From Gordius albopunctatus (Eukaryota): 64,000 nt of DNA. Below, one piece after another: positions 1 to 12,900 of the stretch (position 1 is the first letter of the stretch; every line of letters starts with the position of its first letter). A model generated the notes under the pieces. The model did not search any database, was not told the origin of the DNA, and saw only the letters and a list, made by a program, of their open reading frames with translations. Both the position numbers and the translations under genes were made by a program. Where the stretch lies: the NCBI GenBank assembly GCA_964276515.1, contig OZ193909.1, positions 1,116,001-1,180,000 of the forward strand, in the 5' to 3' direction.

Positions 1-222
1 GCAAACACTGTAAATAAATAATTATTTCCCATATATTCGTACTATAGAAATAAGATCTTAAATTTGTCAGCTTCACCTTCAGTAGTATTATTAAAAGCTT
101 AAGTTTATATTAGATATAGGTGCTTAAAAATTTATTAATAGTAGTAAAACCTTAAAAAACATTGGCCCGGTAAATGTTATACAATGGTCAATATAATCGC
201 TAAACAAGGTGACAAAACTTGA

Positions 223-2166
223 TTAGTTATAATATTTAGGGTACGAGATAGTATTATCGCTTAAGAATTTCTTTTTAGAAACACTTATGCGAAATCCCGT
301 TTTCCTAGCGCCCACATTTTTGCTTTGGGTGGGTAAAGGCTTAAGTGCTCTTCCTATAATTATGGGTTTCATTTCAAGCTCTCCTACAACACCTTTCGCA
401 TTCTGTTTGTGAGTCGTTTGAAGCATTTTAACCATGGGGGTAGGACTATTACTTGCGCTACACTGAGAATTATAGGATTCACCAGGCCCAATTCGAGTGG
501 AATGCCTGAAACGGAGCAAGCTAGATTTTGTCTGAGTTACTGTGACGATGCTCTCTTGGGCCTTGTGCAATTTGGGCGCAGCAACAATGATATTATCCTC
601 GAATTTAACGTTTTGATGCAGGCGCGTTTTTAAAGCGCCCCGGGTGAGTGTAGTGAAGATTTTCCTTGGGCCGGGATCTGGTGTAGAACGCAACAACGTT
701 TTGCTTCTATCATTTTTACGCGATGTTTTACCCTTCTTAACCGTGGAACTTACCAAAGGGCAATTTACTTCTCGACTTTCTGGCAATTCATTAGCCATTA
801 TCGTATCGTTAGCTGATAAATAAATGCAGGACAAAAATGTTAAGGTATAATACTATACATCTATCTTATTTTTTTGCCACACTTAGACTTGTTATCTAGC
901 GCGGCGTACTAAACCTTGGTTGTTGAAAAGAGTCTATCCTAAGAAGCGCGTTACAAATGTAAGGTCCCTATTTTATCATCCCCTCCGCTAAGGTCCTCCT
1001 AATTCCCAAACAAAATTACTGTGTGCCGACACTTGTTTATTATAGCACCGCCAAATGTGCCCCATTTCATAGCTACACACTTGTGAAGCTTGGATTGGAT
1101 TATTTATACATGACTGCACAGCACATGCGTGTTGTTATTGACAATAAAAATTAGCTAACAAAAACGGCTCACCTTTAAATATGAACAGACCAAAATTTTA
1201 ACGAGAAAAACCTTGGATCTGTGTTTGCGACTGGGTGTAATAGATCAAAAAACAAACCTTTGGTCTTTAACGTTCAGACGATTAAAAGCAAAGGCCGCCG
1301 TTTTTACAACACTACTTAATGGCACATCCGAGTCTCTATGACAAAATAACCACATTGAAAGTCCTCAATTAAATCAAGACCAGCATTATTTTATACACAC
1401 TTTCACACCTCCAGTTACAACACTAGCTACGCGTCATATTAAATCTACTTTTGGAGAAAGCATATATTGAATTTCACTTATTAGCCTCAAGTGTTTTTAA
1501 TAGACAAATTAGTGGGAATCAAGTTTCAAATAGAGAGAAGTTGAAATAATGTTCTATAGACGTTCTCGGGTTAAAATGAAATAGATGAAAAATTCGTAAT
1601 TTAACGGTGGGCTTACTTTATCCTTCCTTATTCAGGGTATTGACTTGAACGGTCTGCTGGCTCGGGGAATTGCGCATGGTGGATGAGAAGGCATGACCCC
1701 CCTGCCCGTTTATGAATAAGGGAAAGGGAGAAGGTGCCCAACTAAGGTCTGCATTTTTTATCGGAGTCTCCAGTTTTCCTTCAATCGATAAATCCAAAAA
1801 TTATTATCATTTCAAATGTATTTTCATTAAATTCTCAAAAATTCAAATGTAGTAACTAAAAATAAGCGAAATTTCGTTTGGATAGAATTTTATAAACAAG
1901 AATTTCAAATTAAAATTAAACAACGCTAATGTTTAATTCTAAAATTAAAGCAAAAGTTCAAAGATTAACAATTAAAGTCGTAAAAATATATGGCAAAAAT
2001 TCAGTTTAAAGCATAAAATACCGGTCTGAAGATGTGCCTGATCAGAGCGTTTTAATTCTTCAATCATGTATTGATCGATTTTAACGTCGGCGATAAACAG
2101 ATCTTTTAGTTTTTCATACGTTTCCGCTTTTATGAACTGCGATAGGACTTCTTCTATAAAGTCCAT
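223..2166 (-). CDS. Possible exons of an unidentified spliced gene (ORFs 223-834 and 1972-2166)
   Basis: A 203-aa open frame in otherwise stop-rich AT DNA. The second ORF is flanked by a plausible acceptor (ttgtag|GAATATATG) and donor. No domain recognised and the exon chain was not resolved. Confidence 0.3.
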
Positions 2167-2930
2167 ATATTCCTACAAATTCAGACACACAAACAAAAAA
2201 ATAGTATAATTTAAATCACGAAACATTGGGGTTTTTTGCATTTATTTCATAAAATTTAATATTTTTGTAAATAAAGAATTACCGTGCATCTGGTCTGTAG
2301 TTTGTTTTATACGTTTTGACGTTTAATAAAATGTCAATCAAACGCAACCTCATGACGTAATGCGTATCTATCGTGTTCTTTGAAAATTTGAATATACAGT
2401 TTTTTTAATAAAAGTGTATCACTTATAGTATTTTCTAGACCTTCATGCGTGTAGGTAGTGTAGTGTGATAAATGTAGACATGTGCTGCGGAATATGGAAA
2501 CTTTTTACGATTTGAAACATTAAATCAAAGTCATTTTTTTGCTTATTTTTCACGTCAATTATTATTATAGGACAGTGGTGTCCCCTAATAAATTAAAAAA
2601 TCTCATTTTATCATTTTTTGCGCGTTAAATAAGGAGAAAAATGAAAACGCTTTTAACAAAGTGCCAATAAATGTTGATATATCTCAGTTCTTTGGACATT
2701 ATTAAGTTCAGAATTAAAAGTTTTAATCAGAAACAAATAATTATAATCATGATATTGTTTTTTAATTACGAAAAATTAAAAAAAATTGCTTCAAGGGAAG
2801 GAGGCCAAAGATAGGGCATGGGGCCAGGTTTTCTCTCTTGGGTGGGCCTGGGTCTTGGACCCTCTTTAACTATTTGTTTTCAATTTTTTGCATAATAAAC
2901 ACTTACCAATTATATTTGATATATTCCTAA

Positions 2931-3091
2931 TCTATTATACAGAAATAGAACAATAGAAGTAGAACATATAGACATCAAACTTTATTTTTACTTCAATAAC
3001 CGCTTTATCAACATATACCCTAAAATTCCAACATAATTTAATTTAATACACCCGGGTAAATGGCAAAACAACGTTTGCCGTGTTAATCTAG
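2931..3091 (+). mobile_element. Short non-autonomous Helitron-like element
   Basis: The 3' end has a GGCAAA-acaacg-TTTGCC hairpin followed by CTAG|T (3062-3092). A candidate 5' A|TC start lies at 2931. Confidence 0.45.
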
Positions 3092-3907
3092 TTATATATA
3101 TATGATTTCTATGATGGGATTAAAATTTGTATAAATTATACTTTGGGTCATCGATTTATTACAAAAGTCTCGACTCGTCTCACGAGATCGAGATTTTACC
3201 CTAAAGTTTTGCATCGCTAGTGGTGGATAAGAAACAATTAAAAAAGCGGATTGTTAATGAGTGAGAGAGTTAAAATACACTAGAGAATCCCTAGAATAAG
3301 GCTGAGGGATATAAGTTACATGCATCTTAGGCATTGAATAAATGAAAGCTCTTCTCGTTTTAAATAACAAATTGCACACTTAGGACAATTATGTTTTCAA
3401 ATAACCCCGCCTTTGATTTTTTTTTCTCATTTTGCTACTAATAATTCTAAGCTTTTTTATTTACACGTTTTTTATGGAGGCAAAATATAGATAGCTAAAA
3501 TTTCATCAATCAGCTTTCATGTCGCTTCCCTCCCTACTTTTATCGTATCGTTGTACTTATTTTCTCTGTTTAATCTGTTTTCAATTATTCTCAAATATGA
3601 AAATGAGCAATAATGAGAGGCATGGATTACAATATTATGGAATTTAAATGGTGCAGACAGTTAGATAAAAGTCATACGAAGTTTGGTTTCTGCAAAATCA
3701 GAATTTTTATCGAGTTTTTAAGATGTCTGAGTGGGCGATGGTGTTCAAAGCAACCGTTTGTTTAAAAAAATAAACTATGATATTTCAATATATTAATAGC
3801 TGCTCGCCTCTCCCACTAGATTTAAATACAACAGATTAGAAAGTGAGGTATATTTTATGAGTATTTGTATTTGCCGCGTGGTTTAGTATTCAAAAGTTTT
3901 TTCTAAA

Positions 3908-6900
3908 ATGGCCGAAGTAAAGAACTTTCTGTACACATGGTGTTCCAAAAATCATTTGACTTTAAACTATGAATATCAAGTTGCTGGAGGCAAGTTCAAG
4001 AAGCGTTTTACATGCCAAGTAAACTAAAATGATAGATAAATTATTTTATAGGCTACTGTCTCAAATATGGATTATATTGGCCTAGGCAATTCTTCTAATA
4101 AGAAAGATGCTCAGGCTTTTGCAGCTCGAGATTTTTTGAGTTATCTCGTCAGAATTGGACTTGTTGATCAAGCTTCTGTGCCTTTTTTGGAAGTAATTTA
4201 GTAGTAATAATATTTTCTATATTATTAAGGCTACTCCACAAGCACCTGCTGGGTTAAGTCAATGTCTAACACAAAACAATTCTCTTGTCCCAAGTAATTA
4301 TGATAATCCTTCACCTATCACATTTTGCAAATAATGACATTAATTATTCTATACTGATTTATACCATATGCATTGTACCAAAATATAGGTGGTAGTAATG
4401 TCATGATGAATAAAAACGGTAATGGCCAGAGCTATGCACCCTACATAAAGGGTCCATCTCAAAATTATATGGATGAGTTGCAAAGACAACAAAAATTGGA
4501 AGAAGTTAATAAATTTTTAAATTATAATTAATTGTGTAACATGTCTTCCAATTTTTTTTGTCTCCTACGATGTAATGAAACCAGGTTATAATTCTTAAAC
4601 AAATTTGATTTATGTCTTATCTATTAAATTCATAAGTCAAATACTTGAATATCAACTTAGTTCTGTCCATTATTCTATATGATTTCAAATAATGTTGATT
4701 GCAAATTAAAGTATTGATGTTAATTAGGCTGAAAATCTAGATATGAATGCGGAGATGCATGGAAATTGGACAGTTAATAATGCAAAAAGTAGACTTCATC
4801 AATACATGCAAACACACAGACTTCAAGGAGATTATATCTATAGTTCTATTGGTGGATTTAACAATATGTAATTTACAAATTTGAAATTTTTCTTTTACGT
4901 CAAATCTATATTAGGAGTTTTATCGCTGAAATGAAGTTAAATGTTAAAGAACGGAATACCAGTATTAACACATGAATATTATTTTATATAAATTTTTTCC
5001 TTTAGCCATAACAGCCAGAGAACATGGTTCTACAAAGTTAACTGCATCTAAGTCGTGTGCTTTATCTCTTGTGAGACAACTGTTTCACATGGGTGTCATT
5101 GAAGCATTCAAAGGCAACATAGTGAAAAAAGATAAATGGAATGTAATTTACTTAATCAATATCTTCCTTAATTTAATGAATTATTAATAGATGGAACCAT
5201 ATGAAGTTGTAATTTACCCAGAAGTCAGAGAGGGAATTGATAATGCATTAGCATTTTTGGAAATATCTCCCCCTAAAATTGTGAGAATTTATTGATTTGA
5301 TACCTAATTTTTACATTCAAATTGTAATAAAATTTTAAATAAATATATTTTGCCAAGGTTGTTGGCCAAGAATATACGAGTGTGCCTACTTACACAGAGT
5401 TAAACAATAATGAATTGCCACAACAACAACATACAGGTAATTTTTGAAATTAATTTATTTATACCATTTCGGTGTTTATTAGTTGTTTGGTCTCCTCCAC
5501 AACCTAATTGGAATCCTTGGAAGGCCTGCAATATCGATGAAGGTCCATTAGCTCAGGTTAATAAGTTATAAATTAAGTAAATCAACAAACATTTTTAATT
5601 AAAGAAAAATTAATTAAATTTTAAAATTATCTCCTATATTACGAATTAATTTATACTTTAATAGGCTACATTGTCTCAAATAAGTGAAGAGCTGGGCAAG
5701 GAGTGGCAAGAGAAAATTAAGGATCCAATATATAAGACCGTACGATATCAAAAGCTAATTTTTGTATTTTATAATATTATATCTGTGAATGCCTTTTTGT
5801 GATTTATCGTTTGGTTTGAAATTGATTTTAGATGCTCGAGGAACGTAACAAACTACCCGTTTTCTCTTTTAAAGATGACATCTTGCAAGCCATAGAATCT
5901 AATACGGTGGTCGTAATACGAGGTGCCACTGGGTGTGGTAAAACTACTCAAGTAACATTACCCATAATAGTTAAATTTGTATTTAATAATTTAAAGTTTT
6001 GTACAGTTTTGTTAAATACATGCTAATAACTCAAAATTTTAGCACCTTGGCTACAATCGTTTCTAGTCTACTATTTATAATCCTTATTCAAATCACTCTT
6101 TTTTGAATGTTATAGCAACTGTCAACCTACTTTATATATATATATATATATAGAATAATTTAATAAAACGTACTATGATAGCCTCAAATATTTATGAATA
6201 AAAAGGGGTAAAGAGTCTTTAACTTTTTGAAAATTACAAGTTAAATGAGCTTTTTCATGAAACTTAAAACGAGGATAGTGTAGAAAAGCATTCAACGCTA
6301 CAGTTCCTTATCAGGCTCTCTCGAGAAATGCTTTTGCAAACCTTTGCCCTAGCGCCTCGTTTAATGTTGCAGAAACGGCAGGCTTCCATTTGGTCGAACT
6401 TTGGTTGTAGTCTACTAAACATTTTGGTCTCTCTTTTTCTTGCTCGACCACTAGGCTTAGTCGATATTTGAAAAATAGACCAGGCCAATAAAACGAACTC
6501 CTCCTTTCCTAATTTCAATCACAAAGTCATAATGTAGTGTCCCGTCCAAATATACATACATATATATATGTGTTTATGGTTCCTAGGTGCCACAATACCT
6601 GTTGGATAGTTTTTTAGAGAAAGACGCTGGAGCTGAATGCGCGATCGTGGTTACGCAACCGCGTCGCTTGAGCTGCTTGTCCATATCGGAGCGCGTCTCC
6701 CAAGAGCGCTCAGAGTATTTGGGTAACGCTTGCGGCTACAGCGTGCGGTTCGAATCTAACCTGCCCCGACCCTACGGCTCCATACTCTATTGCACTATGG
6801 GTAAATTTCTATTGAAATGCCTTTCGACAACTGAAGTTTAAATTCGATTTTTTAAATGTACCTAAAAATTTTATTTTTATTTGTTAATAATCGTCAAAAT

Positions 6901-9900
6901 CCATCGTAATATTCGGAAAACTGCTGAAATGGCTTAGGTCAAGAAAAATAGACTATTTCACCTAGCTTAAAATTCGTGATATTTTGCTGGAGTTTAATAT
7001 GTATATTTTTTGTTGTCGCAAGTGTAATTATTCTCTCTCGATAACAGATATTTTTGACGACTTTAAATTACTATATATATTTGAATGCAATTAATTCATA
7101 TTTCCAATAGGGGTGTTGTTGCGGAAGCTGGAGGTCGGTTTGCGGGGTATATCTCACATCTTAGTTGACGAAATTCACGAACGCGACCTTAATGTGAGAT
7201 ATATTGGCTTTTTTATTCCTCTCGCACTTTTGTCACTATTTATTCCCACTAATTTCCCCATTTATCTACCACTCCAAGAGCTAAAATATCATCCTTTTCA
7301 ACAACTTTCATAAAAATTTATGCCTTGTTTACCAGCAATTTCTGATTTTATTTATCCACTCGCAGAGCGATTTTTTGCTGATAATCCTGAAAGAAATAGT
7401 GCCGGTGTACCCCAACATACGCATCATACTCATGTCTGCCACGATAGACGCCTCCCTTTTCACCGAATACTTTGGGGGCTGTCCCATAGTCGATATACAG
7501 GGCAGATCATACCCCGTTCAAGGTTTCCAAAACTTTTTTTCCATAAATCTTGGGCAAAAACCTTTTTTGGGCTAGAATACTTGTTGCCCTAATTTCCATA
7601 AATGTATATGAAAACGGGTAACTGACCGTTTGAGAAAAATATATTTTTCCCCGTATTTTTGTGAATGGAGCTTGAAAAAATATATAAGAGTGAGTAAATG
7701 TTCGAGACGTTATTTTTTAAATAGAATCCCGATGAGGATTTTTAAACGGGGAGAAGTTTTAGGTTGAGGAAAATTAAAATTTTCGTGTTGCGTTTAGTTT
7801 GTTTCAATATCACCTTTTAAGCGTGTCTCTAGTTTTTGTGAAACAAGCTCTATGCGATCGTGATTTAAAGTTAATAATATTTGATGCCTGATCAAAAAAA
7901 TTTTTTTACGAAATTCTAGAATACTTTTTGGAGGATTGCGTGCAAATGACGAGCTTCGATTTTGATGGGAGCGTCAGCGCGGCACTCGCCCAAGTTAAAA
8001 AACGCTCGAAAAAGGGAGCGGCCGACGAAGATGGCATTGACGAAGAGATGCCCGAGGATGACGCTCTCGCCACCGGACCCAGCGCTAACTCAAACGCGCT
8101 CGTGTCTGACGCTTACGCTCCCGAAACGCGCCAAGCCGTGAGACGCTTGTCCGAAAAACAAATATCTTTCGAGCTCATACACGTATGCCACATATATATT
8201 AAATGCTTTCGAAATGTTCAAAACGTGTTTTGCCCGGTCTACACTGGTTTGTTTTTCAAATTTCGACTAAGCCTAGAAGTCGACCAAGAAAAACAGAGAC
8301 CAAACTTCGCACTCTACAATGATTACTATGGAGAATAGTCGCCAAACAACTTTTTTCAGTCGATTCATATGAAAAACTAGAGACACTAAATTTTTGGCTA
8401 TTATTAAATTAAAAATTTTTTATTTCCCAGGCCATCTTACAATACATAGACGCGCTGGGAACGCCGGGAGCCGTGTTGATATTTCTGCCGGGTTGGAATT
8501 ACATATTCAGTCTGATGAAGTATCTCAAGGACATTCCCCAGTTCGCGTCGCCCCAAGCCTACTCCATTCTGCCACTGCACTCCCTCGTCCCCATCGAAGA
8601 TCAGAGGAAGATATTTGACCCGGTCCCCGAAGGCGTCAGAAAGGTGCGTACCGGCATCCTCGTGGTTGCATAGCAAATTCATTTGCTTAAGTTGTCACGT
8701 GATTGCATATCACCTAGATATTCTAGACCGACTTGGGAATTCTCGAGAATTATTTTCTAGCGTTTTAAAAACGGCTGGCTGTTGTTTTGGTTCAACTAAT
8801 CCTAACGGCTGTCGACTCGGGTCTGAAGTCCTTTTCAACACTACTGTAACAATCCCTATGGCCAACAGCTGGTGATTATTAAGTAAGTGATGAAGGCGGC
8901 CATGCGTGAAGCAAAGATTAAACGCCCTTTATTTTGATGATTTCAAGTGTGGAAAGATGATCCTTATTAATAAAAGCGAGAGCCCGTATTAAAAATACTC
9001 ATCTTTCACACACGTATATCAATCATATGATGATCCTCTACACAGATTATCCTGTCGACTAACATCGCCGAAACCAGCGTCACCATAAACGACGTGGTGT
9101 TCGTGATCGATTCTTGCAAGGTTAAAATCAAGATGTTCACCTCGCACAACAACATGACCAATTACGCCACTGCCTTCGCCTCCAAGTCCAACCTCGCCCA
9201 GAGGACGGGTCGGGCCGGTCGAGTTAAACCCGGCTTTTGCTTTCACTTGTGCAGTCGAGCTCGGTTCGAAAGGTACTTTTTCATTTCATTTCTATCCTTT
9301 GTATTACGGCTGTGGATTTAGATTCGAAAAAAATTTAAGGATTCGAAATCCATTCGAATATACTTTATTTATTTTTTATTATTTGAAAACACATTAAAAA
9401 AGCTACTATGATTTTTAATTTTCATATACATTAAAAAAATTTACTTGAAAGATATTAATAAAATGCACACATTGAAAATAAAAATATTAAGGGCGAACAA
9501 AAGAACTATGGCGATATGTGTAAAACAATCAGAGCCGTTTAAGGCAAATTATTATCTTAACACTTTCTTCCTTAAACGATTCCTTGTGTATGGTCAATAA
9601 ATTGGTTCCGGTTGAAATCAATCTTTAGCACGGGGTAAATGATGCAGGTATAGAGAGGAGATTTTTTGCCAATTTTTGGATTTCCAATATTGTAAAGGAT
9701 CACCATTGGAGGTCACACGTGGTTTGTCAAAAATATCTCCGATGAAGACGTCGCTTTGCCGCTTTTAATTGAGGATCCAGTGTTGATACCTCGCTAGTTG
9801 ATTCAAAATCGGGCTGTTGTCTTAAGCAGTTTCCAAGTCATCTATAATTTCTCTATAGGATATGCCATGTACTGGTATGAAGATTCAAATTTTGAGCTTT

Positions 9901-12900
9901 GAATCGACGACACTCGCTAATAAGACTATCATCCTCTTATTGAATGCGATATATCTTCTATTTTCTGTTTGGTCATTTTGACAGCATGATTTTCTGTGCC
10001 TGGTTCATAATATACCGGTAATTACGGATATTAAATTAGTTGCACTGTAAAAGGGAAAAGTATCTATTTAACATTTACAATTTGTTCCCATTCAATGTTG
10101 GATTAAAGGCCGAATCCAATGCCGCCTGTCCTTTACATATAGCCTTTAATTATGAAATTTATTTGGGCTGTCTTGCAATTTTTATCAAAGTCCATAATTT
10201 AATTAAGTTGTGATCCACGTTCACGATAACTTGTGTAAGTTAAAAAAATTTCAAATAATTTTTAAAATTGTAGTAGGAAATATAACGAAATGCGGTAAGA
10301 TGAAAACAGCTAATCATTTGAATTTCGAATGGAATCTCGAATATTTCCCACAGGCCTACTTTGTATATCTTGTTGACTCGAAATCAAATTTTAAACGTTA
10401 ATTTGCGATTATTGTAAAGAAACCAATACATCATAATTCATTTTTCTTGATCATTTTTGTCTCATTGATTCAAAGTTAGGTGTTTAACGCTAAACTCATT
10501 AGTCTCGATCAAATAATCAATGATAAATTTTGATTTCAGATTTATAGAATAATTACGCGGTTCAACGAGAAATATCAACGGGCTAACTGTTTGCCGGTTT
10601 TGGCGTTTTTTAAAACCCCGAAATCCCTGTTTTTACCAGCTTTTCCCACAAATATTTCGCAAACATGAGGTGTGGAGGGGCGAAAGTAAAATATATTTGA
10701 CCACAGGATCTGCAAACAGTTTGCCGGTTGATTTTATGAGTCCATACGTCTCCTCTATAATGCCAAGCTCACTGTTTTTTGCTTCCACGCATGTACCATG
10801 CCTCATCACCACATATTAGTAGAGTTTTTAAATTGCTAACTATCTATTGCACCGAATAGTTAGCACTCTTTCTGCTAAACTAGCATATTACCCAGCTACT
10901 GTTCGTGCTCGCGTTTTTAGTTGAAGCTGCTTATACATATTAGTCTTGTGAAAAGGGACGGGTTTTGTTAAGTCCACCTTTGGTCCTAGTTGATGGTCGT
11001 CGCAGTAGGCTTAGTCGAGTTTTGGAAAAAAAGACCACAGTTGACCGTTGGTCTTAATTGAAACATAGGTCCACCGACCTCAGGCGTTTTTACAACATTC
11101 CAACCTATTTCGTCGTGACGTGACATTCCTTTATTTCTCTTCCATTTTTACATTACTCCCGTCCTTTTGCTTAGGTTGGACGCTTACGCGGTGCCCGAAA
11201 TATTCAGGACCCCGCTACACGAAATAGCCCTCACGATAAAGCTTCTCAAGATGGGCGACATACGAACCGTGCTTGCCAAAGCCTTGGAACCACCACCCCT
11301 GGGAGCTGTGCACGAAGCCGAAATCCTGCTCAAACAGATGGGCGCTCTGACGCTCGACACGTCCGAGTTAACGCCCCTGGGCAAAGTCCTGGCCCGGCTC
11401 CCTGTCGATCCTAGGATTGGCAAAATGATTGTCGCTGGAACCATATTTGGGTATTTATAATGTATACAGGACATTTTTTAGCGAAAATGAGCAGCCTAAA
11501 TTGCATAGCAATCAATGTATATTCCGAAGTCGGGTTCCGGTTGAAAAAATGACTTTGTAGTTCTCTACTCATCTCGGATAACTCAGATTTTTTTCCAAAA
11601 TTTTGCGTGGCCCGTTTTAATGTGGTTTTCGTTGTAACGCTAAAATGATTGCAAATTACTAATAAAAGAGCAGCCCCTTTTGTAAGCCACGCTTTTCGGG
11701 TTTTATGCTGTGATTGTTTTAGTCGCAAATTCCCATAGATTTTAGCTGCTTTAACCTATAGCTAGCTATCTTTCAGCGGCCCCAAACTTTTTCCCGGTTA
11801 TTAATGCTTATCGTTTACCCTTTCGACACGCGCACACAGGGTAGGAGATTCGGTTTGCGCCATAGCCGCTTTCTCTTGCTTCCCCGACCCATTCGTCCTG
11901 GAAATGCATCGTCGCCGCCTGCACCCCGTCCACAAAAAGATGGCCGGCCGTAGGTTCAGCGATCACGTGGCTCTGCTCAAAGCCTTCCAGGGCTGGGAGC
12001 ACGCCAAGTAAGGCCAAAATCTTTCTTAAACTTGTTAGATTTTAATAAAACCCTCGAACGAACGTTTTAACTAGGATGCTTTTAATAAGCTGGCATATAC
12101 AGCTCTGGCAAATGGTAAAACAATTACAGGCTGAGATATTCTGGGATTTGAAAAGAGCGCCCTTTAATTTTAACTATTAATTTGCAAAGATTTATGCGCT
12201 TATCAGTTTATTTTTTGTATTTTCAGTGCATTTTAAGAAACTACCTTGACTTTAATACGTAATTTTACATAAATTCAACTCTTTTGCGGAATTTCTTTTT
12301 TAATTATACAAATCTTATTATTGCTATGAAAATGTTGAAAGGTGACGACGTTCGATAACAATTTTGACTAAAAGGCCATTGTTTTTCTATGGGATTAGCC
12401 AAATACTAATTAAGGTCGCGGAGATTATGAATCTTTTATTGAATTTCATACTAATATTTCGCGACGCGTAGAAATTTCGGGGAGAGTCAGGAGCGCTCAT
12501 ACTGCGAACAAAAAATGTTGTCCCTTCTGACGCTTCGCATGGTGAACGAAGCGCGAAATCAATTTAAGTCCATCTTACTCGGCACCGGGTTCCCTGAAGA
12601 ATGCTTACAAACCAATTCCTTTGACACGTACGGACCCGACTCTCGGCTCGATATGGTAAATCTAGAACTAATAATTTTCTTTAGGGTAAATTAGGAGGGT
12701 TGAGGTTTTTGGTGAAATTGTGGCAAACGAGGGTAAATTATTGCAAAATATGACCTCCATAAGTGTAGGCAAGGTGAACTTGTGGAGTCTTACTGGGCCA
12801 TTCCATGACAAATCAAAACGTTTTCGACCGACCATCTCAGATAGGGCTAATTTTTTGTGAGGATTTAGACTTCATATGAAATAACATTTTCTGAAAATTT

